In this document: positions 37,201-49,381 of the stretch, one piece after another
How positions within the stretch are numbered: position 1 is the stretch's first letter
How the letters are laid out: every line of letters starts with the position of its first letter
Origin: Azolla caroliniana
Lineage: Eukaryota > Plantae > Polypodiophyta
DNA length: 64,000 nucleotides
NCBI GenBank assembly: GCA_043228905.1
Contig: JBHGNT010000005.1
Span: 4,340,001-4,404,000 of the forward strand
Reading direction: 5' to 3'
The notes under the pieces: generated by a model
What the model was told of the DNA's origin: nothing
The model's database searches: none
Seen by the model: the letters and a program-made list of their open reading frames with translations, nothing else
Position numbers and translations under genes: made by a program

Positions 37201-40200
37201 GAACCGAGTAGGGGCTTAAATGCGCAATGTCTCTCTGTTAGGCTATGGTTTGCAAAATTCTTTCGTTTTTCCCAATAGCAGATTCTTACTTAATTATATG
37301 TTTGTCCTATCACCAGGTTTGACAGGAAGGCATGGTTCAGTTGAAAGTGGTAGATATGGACCCACTTTTGTAAGATCACCTTCTGAGAATGGAAGAGATG
37401 GCTTCACATACTCGGGTGGTCCTAGCCCAGGGTGTAATAGTAGTAGCCCCAGCACAGAGAAGCATATGAAAGATATAGATGGCATTCATTTCAAAGATAT
37501 CCACCTTTCACCAGGGGATTCCATAAGCCCATCGTATGATCCTAGCCCTCGTTATTACAACCAGAATAACTTGGAAACAAACGGCATAAGAGAGGATGAA
37601 AGATTGAAATCCAATACTTCACATTATACGTGGGAACCAATCAGTAGAGATCGCGATTTTAGGGATAGGTCTTGGAGCCGGACAGAATTGTATAGAAGAG
37701 CTTATGATTTGCCAAAAATTGATTCGACAAGTGACTGGAACGTAGAAGATAAAGAGGTTCTGGAAGGGAGGATTGATAGATATGGGAATACATCTAATAG
37801 AGAACAAACTTCCTTAGAGACTTATAAGGATCAATCTCGAAATGAATGGGGGACTAGGGGAAGGGGTCTATGCAGTAGTGCGTTATCTTCCCGGATGCCT
37901 GCTTGCATGCCTAAATCATCCCTCAGAGACATTGGGAATAGCTATGTAAGAGCAGGAGTATTGGGGACGAGATCACCAGCTCATGATGATGTTGGCATTC
38001 TGAATTCTCTGAGAGAAGAGTCCACTGGAGATGAGGTAGTTGGCAACTTGAAGAAAAGACCACGGTTGACATGGGGTCAGGGTCTTGCGAAGTATGAGAA
38101 AGAGAAGACTGTGGATGATCCATCAGGTCAAAAGAGATCTGATGAGTATAGTCACAAGGGTGAAGGGTCCACTATGTGTGATACCCCCGGACGTTGTGCA
38201 CAGAATGAAGATGTCTACGGTCATCCTAGCTATTGGCGTGATGAACAAATAGGCAATGCAGGTAAAGCATTTCTGTCATATGAGTTTGTGGTGCTTGTCT
38301 TAATGCCAATCTTTTATGCTATTTTGCCTAAATTCTACACATTGTTTTATATTAATTCTTATAGTAGAGCAGTCAATTACATTACTTAATTGAACTAGGA
38401 AGAGCAGTCACGTACATTACTTAATCAAGGTATCTAGTCACAAGTGGCCAAAGCTTGATCAATTAGTTGAAAGCTACTTGCATAGAGCAGTTTAACTCGT
38501 GGCCAATGATATTGATTACAGGTTATCACTTGAGTAATGAAATTGTTTTTTGGTGGATTCTTCCAGCAACAAGTTTGGCATTTTGATAGAATTATGTGAG
38601 ACATTTTGGCAATTTCACATATAGAATGGCATGTTGGTTACTCAATTTCATATGACGTAATTACGTAACCAGATATCAATTACAGGGTAGCACTTGAGTA
38701 ATGTAATTGTATTTGGAGTATATGGATTCATATGGCAAAAAGTTTGGTGTTCTGGTAAATATAGAATTACGTGCAACATTTTGGCCACTTCACCTATAGA
38801 GTGGCATCTTCTGAAATTCCCTTAAATACTTATATAAGTTATCTTCTGGTTTATTCTGTTTGTGATGGACTGACCTGGAGATGTGAATATTTTTGCAGAT
38901 GCCACAAATAATGATGTTCAAGGGGAACAACACCATACATCTTCACCACAAGCAATTGCAGCTGCCAACAATAATGATGTTACACAAGAGGAACCCTGTT
39001 ATACTCCATTGCAGAAATCACTTACATGCTCTAGTACAGAAGAATCGATGGAGACTTTTGCCATAAATCCCACTCATTGTACAATATTAGGAAGTGATGC
39101 AAACGATACGTTGTTAGTTTCTGTACCGTCAGCATCGGCTTTTACTTCTAGTATACAATGCATCCATAAATTTCTGGAAAGCATTCAAGGAAAATCCCCA
39201 AGTATAGCTAAAGAAGCCCTTACCCAGTATGTCGAGAAAGTGGAATTTGAGATTGATTTGGTGGAGAAGGAGATTATGAAGCTAGAAAAGGAGCAGGATT
39301 TTATTACACAATATGTCAAGAAGGTGGATCTTGAGATTGACCTGGTCAAGAAAGAGATCGTAAAGCTAGATAACAAGGATGGCATTGCAAATCTATACTG
39401 TAGTGGTTCTGGAATTAATTCCTCTTTGGATCTCTCTGAGCCTATACTTGGTTCTCTTGTTTCTTCTATACAACAACCATCACCTGATCTAAAAGTTGCT
39501 TTGCTACATGGAGATCCACCAATCAAGGAAATGGTAACTTCAACAAACAGTTTAACGGAATACGATAAAGAAGTGGAATTGGTTGAGGAAGCTAATGAAA
39601 CAACCAAGTTTGATAGGTCTTCCTTAAAAGAAAATGTAGTATTGATCCCAAGCATATCATCCTCTCATAGTTCCTGTCTTGTGCTGGATAATGCTGAAGA
39701 TATTGCGGCATCCGAGGAAGGGAAGAATACCATTAGAGAGAGTGAAAATGACATTTCATCTCTGTTACTTTCAAATAAGGGAACTGCTCGAGAGACTTCA
39801 GGTGCTTTATCTCACCTCTACCCAGCTTGCATTGACCTCATACATAATGAGGGTAGTGTCTATGGTTGTCCTCAAGAAGCTGAGGTTTGGAAACACAATG
39901 CTGAAAATCATCAAAAGAAGAGGAAATTCCTTGAATCTAAAATTATTGAGCGTAGGGAGAATGCTAAAATGGCTGAAAAAGCTTTGGCTATTAAATATAG
40001 GGTTAAAAGGGAGTTATGGAAGTATCAGCAAATTGGACATCTTCAGAAAAACTGGAATATTGATCCCTGCATCTGGAGTCCTGTGCAACGGGGCAGTGAT
40101 GCCCCTTCTATACAGGAATGCTCTAGTGTGTCAGGTAATGTTGTGCTTTCTGTTTAGATTTATTTTTACCTTTGCAACATAGTGTTGCACTTTCTCACTA

Positions 40201-43200
40201 CAGGGTTGTAATGGAGTAATATGTATGTTTTGTAATGAAGATTTTTTTCTGCTCAAATGTAAATTATTTTTTCATGTGCTTTTTCAGGTTCTGCTATAGT
40301 GGAAGCTAATAACAAAGAGATGCTGATTGCAAGAGAACTTCTTAGGATGCTTCCAAGCAAGAGTGATAGAGAATTCTTGAGGATGCCACCTATGACCTTG
40401 GGGAATGATCAGAAAAATCTTCATTGTTTTGATTCAAAGAATGGATTGGTTGATGATCCTATTGCTGCCGAACAAGAGCGCAAAATCTTGAATCCATGGT
40501 CTTCAGATGAGAAGAGAATTTTCCTTGAAAAGTATCTTTTGTTGGGGAAGAATTTAAGGAAAATTGCAACTTTCCTTGAACACAAAACTGTTGCTGATTG
40601 TGTGCAGTTTTATTATCTTAACCAGAAGTCAGAGGACTTTCAGAAGATACGTCACAGGCATATACTGAAGAAACGTAGAGATTCGAGGTCTAGTGCTCTG
40701 TATCTATCAAGGACCACATTAAGTAGTCGACAATGTGAAGTGGATACTGAATGTTTGGAAGGCCTATCATTGGTTGCTGCTGCTGCAGCAGCAATGTCTA
40801 GTCCAAATGGAATACGAGCCTCAGGTAAGGAGCGCAAGTTGTTGATGTGAATTTTTAGGAGCACAAATATGCTTTTATTCCCCTTTTTGCATACAATAGC
40901 TATTTTTTCAAACTTATTCTGCATGAGCATATTTTACTTAGCAAATGTATTATATCAGAGACAATATGAAAAGTTGAAAACTTGATTACCCCTGTACAGA
41001 AAGAAACCAATGTTTAAAATCTCTGATGTAAATGTGGTGAAATTTATAAAAATAAAATTCAACAAGATCCTGTTCAACAAACAATTAATTTGCTAGTAGA
41101 AGTTTCTATTTGTTTTGATATTTGATATTTGCATATTGTTCATGTAGCAGAAATAACCAATCCGAATGCTTATCGGGAGCAAAGTTTGAACAAGCAAGCA
41201 TCAAGTATGTGTGCTCTGGTAAGCAACTCTTGCAGCGAGGAACAAATTCTATCCAAGAAGTCTCGGAAATGGAACAACCGATCGTTTAGGCAGATTAATG
41301 AGGAACATGAATCTCAATGGACTGATGCTGAAAGAGATCTTTACTTGAAAGCACTTCCTATGTTTGGAAAGGATTTTCATAACATTGCTTTGTATATCGG
41401 TACAAAAAACCAGGCACAATGCAAGTCTTTTTTCAGCAAAGCCCGTAAGCGATTAGGCTTAGATAAACTTGTGGAACATTATTTAGCAGCGGTTCACGCT
41501 GTACACAAAGAAAAGGAAAATGCTGAGTGTAGAGGTGCTTTTAAAGTTGATCCAATTGTCAAGATTGAAGAGCATCATGAGAAGCTTGAGAGGTTTTCAC
41601 CTGATGTAGATGAGGTATTGCACAAGACACCAGAGAAAGAACTTCAGCGTGAAGATGATTTTTGTGTAAACACTGATTTGAAGCCATTGCTAGAACCAAG
41701 TGACATTAATGTCAGCGGGGTAAACGAAATTAAATCTGTTCTAACTATGGATAATCCTATCAATGAATGTGCAGCTATTGATGTTGATAGTGCTAGAATC
41801 TCTTGCAACAATCAAATGACCTTTGGTGAGAGCCTGGTTTGTGAGGAAATCCTGCATCTGAAGACGCCCCTTAAAGTAAAGAAAGAACCTCTTAGTTCAT
41901 CAAATGGCACCAATGTGCCTCATACTGCTTCACATGATATTCCTACACGTTCAATGTCAGTAATGAGCACCCCCCCTGTGCTTCCTGTGATGCTATCTTC
42001 TCAAGTAAAAGAGAGAGGTTCTAAAGGATCAGAGACAAGAACTAGAAGAGAACCCACATCATGGACTCAGGAAGAGAAAGATATATTTATTGATGTCCTA
42101 AAAACACATGGAAAGAACTGGGAACGTCTTCGGGAAAGTTTGCCAGCTAAATCTCTTACACAGATTAAGACGTACTTTCAGAATTCAAAGGCCAAGCTAT
42201 CTTTGGGGTTTGAAGGGTTTTCAAGTGGTAATCTAAGGGGTAGTTCATTTAAGAGAAAGGCAGATGATACAAATTCCAACACTAACACTGCCTCTGGCAA
42301 AGGAAATATTGCAGAGAAAGCTTCTATTCCATCTGATGATCTAAGCCTGAACACGTGTTCCAGCATAGTGCCTCCAAACAATAGTTTTGGAAGAAACTTA
42401 CATGATGCTGTTGGGCTTGCACAAGGTTCGAGTGCAGGTACACTATCAAGTGTGAATTCTCCAGTGTTAGGTCCATCAAGTACTCACACTGCCCAGCAGT
42501 CATATTTGCATACCCCATCCATAGTTATACAGTCTCAGCAACCAATTTCACCGATGGTGGTTTTGCACCCAGCATCATCAACAGATAGTCACGAGCCTTA
42601 TCAGCAACAGTCCATAGTTCGACCAAATCATGTGCCTCAATTACAAGCAATTAAGCTATCTACACTTCAACCACAACAAATGCATCAAATGTCTGAATCA
42701 AGGTTGCAATCACAGTCTCTGCCTCTGATTCAGCCAGGATTTCAAGAAGATCCTCATAGTTTCCACCATGATCTGAGTCACCTGCATGTTCAGTCCAATC
42801 TCTCAACTTCATCTCTAGCTATGAATAACCTGTCATTAACTTCTAGCCAAGGTGTGGTGATGCAATTTGCATCTGTATCTGAATGCTTACCTACTCAGCA
42901 ATGTAAAATGTTTCAATCACAGCTTTGTCAAGTACATTCCAAGCCACCAGCTTGTCCCCAACAGACCAATCCCCTTATCAATGAGCAACATCAACAAAGA
43001 GAATTGGCAGTATTTAAACGATGCACACAATCAACTGCAGGGGAGGAAACTTCGATGCCATGTGAGTGTGATTATTCTCTAACTCTTGCCAAGTCACCTG
43101 ACTCTATTTGTCCATCTCCTGGTGTGCCAGATGTACAAGAAGCCTCAAATAGTGATATTAAACTGTTTGGTCAATCTCTGTTACTGCAACCTGTGTCTTC

Positions 43201-44023
43201 TAATTCTAAAACTGATGGCAAGGCCAGGCCTGCTTCCTCCCCAGCATTAACACCAAGTAGATATCTTATTAACACAACTGGTCATCTGCATACCAATTCT
43301 TTGAATCTTGAACAAACGCCAGTTCAGAGCATACCAGCTTTTGTGAATGGTAGTTTAGCCAATGATTTGGAGAATCAGGATCATGAAATGATAAACTTGA
43401 GTACAAGAACAGCCCATGGGGATGATCGGGCTGATGGTATTTCTTTTCCTAATCTTAACCTTGTACAGGGTGAGAAAGCTTATTCTGAACTTGTCAAAGA
43501 TGTCCATTCTGATCCAGAAAGCTTTTTGTGTGGACAACCTAATGAGAGCTCTACACATCTTAATATGATAACAGCTAACAAAAACCAAGTGCAAGAGTGC
43601 ACCAGTTTCTCTTCGGTTACTAATGGACATGCAATTGTAGCCCAAGGATTGCCACGTGTCATTGATGCATTGGTTGCTTTAGCTGAGTGGCGACTACAAA
43701 ACTCAGGTGGAGGTAGTGGAAAGTTAACTGATGAGTTTCTTAATCAGTCATGGGAAGCTCTTCAAAGAGATCCTAGTTCTTTCCTTGACTTAGGGAAAGT
43801 AAATGGAACTCTTGCACAGCTTTGTTCTGGAGGATCAGAAATGCTTCAGCATTTGAAAGACAGGGTTATTTACTCTCAATCACAGCACCCACAGCGCCAT
43901 TCAATAGGAAATATAGCACATTCAAATGGCACACAAGATATGCCATCATTTCATGGTACAAATGGAATACTTGTGCCTGATGAAACTGGGAGGATTGAAA
44001 TTCAAGATGTAGATGGGAGTTAA
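34216..44023 (+). CDS. PWR: POWERDRESS / NCoR1-like SANT-domain co-repressor (~1942 aa), HDAC complex subunit
   Basis: Exons 34216-34450, 37317-38261, 38899-40134, 40288-40824 and 41148(or 41151)-44023, all with phase-1 GT-AG junctions. The start ATG could instead be the in-frame 34165. Motifs: N-terminal SWDR, KKRPRLTWGQGLAKYEK, EKVEFEIDLVEKE, FDSKNGLVDDPIAAEQERKILNPWSSDEKRIFLEK...HKTVADCVQFYY (SANT1), WTDAERDLY...CKSFFSKARKRLGL (SANT2), DIKLFGQ. Confidence 0.85.
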
Positions 44024-46749
44024 AGAGTTGGTATAATTTCTATTACCTTCGTTTTGACTAGTAAATGCATATTGTTGACCTAGTCGACCAGCTACCTATC
44101 AAAGGAAGCAGAAATTGAGGATGTCAAGATCAAAACCCTCATTTGGAAGGGCTGTAATAGATCACAGGTAAAACTTCTTTCCCAGAGGTTTTACAAGCAA
44201 TCATCTAGTGTAAATTTCATTTCATATGAATAATAAGTAACGAGTAATTGTTTCTTTGTAGAACAGGCCTCCTTGTGTGATATTCCATTTCCTTGGGATT
44301 GGCAGAATTACTGGTGGTTCTACCAGGACCGGAAGAGCCAAATAAAATATTTGTTAAATAGTCCTGCGGTAAATATGATTTATTGGAATCCTTACTCAGG
44401 ATTTTACCACATATGAGCATATGTACATAGTTGTCTTTTGTATGCCTTTCTTTCTACTGTAAAGTGACATTAGTGCATCTAATGTAACAGGGGGAGAGCT
44501 TGTTATTCCAATGTTGGAAAGCGTCAAATATTTATTTGTTGGCATGTACATCGTTGTATGATGAAGAAGGCCTCTTTGTTTTTGCTCAATTTAATGCTTC
44601 TTCAGTGTAATTTCTTAAGCACAAATTCAAAGTTTATTATGTAGAGTGATTTTGGTGGCAAAAAGTACTCTCATTTGTATGGGTGCTGTCATTTAGAAGA
44701 GAGTATTGTAATTATTTGAAGATCAATGAACATGCATTATTCCATTATGAATGGCCCTACGGCTCAACATTGGGAAATCTTCTACATGACACATGAAAGC
44801 AGTAGTAGATTTGGTTGAAACATGTGCGAAACAATATTAGAAGAGCAATTTCAACCATTTGGAGTATTGTAGTTGGAAAACAAGATATTTCTATAACACA
44901 TGCAAATTTGGTTAAATGTAATTTGTGAACATAAGAGGAAGTTAATTTGGCATCACATTAGGAGTCTGATGGATTTCAAGCATAGTATGAACCATATTTA
45001 CTATATGTGCATTCACATTTGAGAATGTTTCAATCATTATAGTATGATAAACACCCTCAAAGTATTTTTTAATTTAAGGTAAGAAAGTTATTAGGGTTTA
45101 TTGTAAGGTAATTTTGTTAAAGGTAAGAAAGTCAAGGTAAAAAGTGTAAAAAAAACATAAGAATGTTATGATAACATACACATTCGTTTGCAAACGTATG
45201 AAAAAGAATGTTTGCCAATGCATCCGAGTATATTATGTACTATGATTCCAAGTATTCTAGTTGGTAAACAAGTTATTTTATGTGGTAATTCTTTAGTACT
45301 AAAATTTTAGATACATGGCTACTAGATTGGTGTACACATTCCAAACACCACACTACGAGGGGTTTTTCATCACCTAATGCTCTACAATTGAATGTGTTTG
45401 TGTAGGCTACGCACAAGAGTGGTAGATAATCATGATTCATGACTAAATCCTAGTTTGTCTCACCATTACTGTAGTCTATAACCTTGTTGTACGTTCGTCA
45501 AAACTTGACATAAGCCGAGGTTTGATCTCTTTTAGTATGCTAATCAATGATAGGTATATAAATTAAGGTAAGAATTTGATGGGTGTCATGCCTGTAAAAA
45601 CATACACATAGTAAAAATGCTTGTCAACTGACATATAATGTTTAAATTTTTATTTTCATGTGAAAGGCCCCTACAAATTATACATGTCAAATGACATGCT
45701 AAATTTCTATTTTCCATGTCATATATATTATATACATATACATATGTCACTTATTATAGATACTATAAAGTGTGTATAATAATAATATATTTATACAAAT
45801 ATTATATGTTTTTTTTTCCCAAAAATTATATGTTTTTTATAACACCCTTAAAATAATATCATCATCATGTAATAATGATATATATTCTCAAATATTTATT
45901 CTTTACTAATAATATTAGTTGAAATTTGATTAAAATTTTAAACAATAACAGTTATTAAATACTTTAAGAGTGTAAACTCTAGGTTTGATTTTAATGTTTT
46001 AAGTTTTAAGTTAAAACTAAATTTTTTACTTACATAAAAATTTAAGTTAAACCAATTTTTTTTACTAACCATTTTTTTCATACTTATTAGTAAAAACATT
46101 AACACATATTTATTTTATGTATTTCATTATCTTTGTGAGGTAGTTATATTTATTTGTGCATCTTTATGTACTTTTTATAGTAATGAAATGTATAACAATG
46201 AAGCATCATATAAAGCTTTTCACTATTAAAATTTATATGTCAAATGACATGTTAGTTTTTGCACTCTCATGTCATATGACATACATCGTTAAAACATACC
46301 TGTAAAAAAACTTTAATACTAACCCGTCCAATTCAGGCCCTGGTACATAATAACCTTTCGTGGTTTTGCCTAACATGTTTCTACGGGTTGACTTATCATA
46401 GGGAGAGAACAAAAGTTTCCCATTATCTATCCTCAATCAACGAACATCTATAGTCAATGTAGCTAAGTTGCCTTACATATGGCCAACTCGCTAATATATC
46501 ATAGCTAGGCTATATGTCAAGCACTCTTGAGTCGAAGATGAATGGAACTAAGCAATCTGCTAAAGTTGTGGGATGTCAAAATACATTAAGAATATGATTC
46601 ATGAATGGTCCTTGGTAATTGAAGTGCTCATTAGTGAACTACAAATCACTATGTAACGCAGAATATTTCATGACGTGTTTATTAGATTTGTTCAAAACTC
46701 TGCTTGTAAAGTATGAAATACGGAAAAAAAATTGGGTCTTGATTTCCTT

Positions 46750-48827
46750 AACTTTGAAATTTGTGAGCACCACTAGTGCGGCAAATAGACCCCTAGTCCA
46801 CATAATCTCCACTTTGACATAGTTTAGAACCCTTTTGAGTACCTTGAATTTGAAGGAAGCGATTGGAGAAGGAAATAGAACTCTTTTGAAGGAAGCAATT
46901 GGAGAACTGGATCTTTAAAAGATATATATGATAATGTGGATTGGTCTTTTCTAAGTCAATTGATGGTTTATATGGGTTTTGGAGATTGTATGTCAAGTTG
47001 GTAATGCTTAATGGAGTAAGCCAAGGTGTTCCAATTCAAACATTAGTTACTTGAGGGTATGTTGTTAGTTCATTGCTCTTTATTATTGTCACACATTTTC
47101 TTTTTGCTAAGTTATATGGTATGGAAGCCTTACATCGCACTAGCTTTAGCAAATTATTGTACCATGTTTTTTGGGTTTCATATGTAATGCATACTGGAGT
47201 AAGCCAAGGTGTTCCAATTTAGAGGATATGTTGTTAGTTCATTGCTCTTTACTATAATCATACATTTTATTTTTGCTAAGTCTTATGATATGGAAGCCTT
47301 ACATCGCACTAGCTTTAGCAAATTATTGTATCATGTTTTTTTGGGATCTATGCTTGTTATGTAGGAATTGTTTATTTTTACATTAATGTTGGAGTTCAAC
47401 ATGCATAAGTTTGTTTCTATTTCATGTATGTGCTTGGATGGTCTATATCTAGGATATCCAATAGGGATGGAGGTTTCTTATGCTAATCTTATTGATTGGG
47501 TTTCTAAAAGGCTTGAAGAAAAGCCCTAAAATTGGTGCGATACAATAAACTATTATACCCATGGTATATTATCTCATGTTATGGTAAAAGAATGCTACTA
47601 AGAAGGCGTGGAATTCAATGTGGTCATTTTTGTGGAAGAGGAATGGGAAATCTAGTATTTCTTGATTGGTCTGGAACCATAGTTGTACTCCTCCTTGACT
47701 TGGTGGGATGGCAATATTGAACTTGTATGGTCATATGGTGGCCTAGAGGATTCCTTTGCATAGATTTCTATTCCAATGTGTAACACCTTGGATTGAAATG
47801 GCTCAGTCTTTACCATAAGGGCATGCATCAAGTTTGGAAATGTGGATTTAGAGACAAGTTGGTAGAATGTGGTGAATTCTAAGAGAATCATAAAGTGTTA
47901 TGGGTATGATAATTAGCCATTTAATAGTAGTTTGGCAGTGTACTGAATTTTATACATTTATTTTTTTATTTTATTTTTTTCAAAACAAAATATCCTTCCA
48001 TTAGTTTTCAAAAAACCTATCAAGTACAAACTACAAAATAGATGGAAAAGAAGAGAAAAAAGGGACTATCCCAATGGCTAGCCATGGATCCTTCATTTAA
48101 CTAAGATCCATCTCAACATCTAATTTGATTTCAGTATATGACTACCAATTCTCCCATGTTGCCACATGCTTTCAACATACCAGAAAATGTCATCATAGTA
48201 GTTAGAGACCTTGCACAAGCATTCAGGGATAGAGTTGTATAGCATCCTCATTCTTATCCTGCTCAATATAACCCAATAACATGGTAGGCCATTGTACCAT
48301 ATCTCCTCGAATCATGAGTGATAAATGGAGACCTGCATGAAGTGATATACAATTAATTGTGTATGAATGGAGATATTGGCAATACATGATTATTTGGACT
48401 GGACGTAAATGGACTTCTTCTTCAATTTAACTGAATGGCTCGATAAGGATTCGTTATAATGCGGGATACCATGTTTGTCACACAAACAATTAATTGCATT
48501 TATGGCAACAATGTTGACATTTGGTTTTCCAAGAGGATAAATGCATATTTGCTCACATTTCTTAGTATTGCAATGTCCAATCCCTCCAAGCCATTGTATA
48601 GAGTACTAAACGTGTTGGGGGCTATGGTTGTGTGTATGCCCGATCAATTTGTTTCTTGTCCAATTGCGAGAATGGTTTGGAGGGTAATCAATGTAGCACC
48701 GATGTCTCTGACTAGTTTAGTAAGATCTATATTCAACTGGGTATTTCACATACATAGAGTTGAGTGCAATGAAGCTCCATTCAAGACTATTATAGAGTAC
48801 TTAAGGTGTTGGGGGCCTAGGCTATGG

Positions 48828-48830
<3 letters not shown>
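46750..48830 (+). mobile_element. Degenerate LINE ORF2 (RT to zf-RVT), interrupted by a PPR fragment, with an internal ~170-bp duplication
   Basis: KIYDNVDWSFL, LLFIIVTHFL, YLGYPIGMEVSYANLIDWVSKRLE, FVSCPIARMVWRVIN. Duplicated block 47012-47172 / 47196-47343. Confidence 0.65.
48065..48335 (-). pseudogene. PPR gene fragment
   Basis: Minus strand reads RGDMVQWPTMLLGYIEQDKNEDAIQLYP*MLVQG ... MTFSGMLKACGNMGEL (P and L motifs, with stop and frameshift). Confidence 0.6.
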
Positions 48831-48863
<33 letters not shown>

Positions 48864-49381
48864 ATGCACGCCATGTCTGAGTACTGAAGCCTTCACCCTA
48901 ACCAATGCGTGTTTGCCATGTGTTTTGTGGAATAATACCGGACAATGTTTTGTCCGCCCAAATTTTCGTGTAACCGGCCGAGGCACATTTTGGTTGTATG
49001 AATACAAACACATCAAAGTAAGTGATAGATTTGAGAGACTCTGAAGGAAATCTTCATGTTTTTCCAAGGTCTCTTTCACGCCTTCCCCTGTTTTGTCATG
49101 AACTAAGTAGTAAGAAAGCCCTTACTCTTGTCTTTGTTGAAAATCCCCTGTTTTTCCATGAACTATAAGCTAAGCCATTGCTACATCGTTTTAACTCTCC
49201 CTCTCCCTCTCCCTCTCCCTGTTCGATGAAACTCTATCTTTACATCACTTCAGAATATGATAATTGGGCGCCCCTGTTTTGTCATGAACACACCACACCC
49301 CTCCTGCTGTCTTGTTGAAAAATCCCCTGTTTTTTCCATGAACTGTTTGCCATTGCTACATCTTTTAACTATCACTGTTTG

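Noticed and set aside
37122-37210. Extra small PWR exon (GKHGSSSENQ...)
   Set aside because: An in-frame TAG occurs before a convincing donor; exon 1 splices in frame to 37317 without it.
45500-46345. AT-rich hAT-type MITE ending TTCAGGCCCTG
   Set aside because: Only one terminus recognisable; no matching TIR or TSD found.
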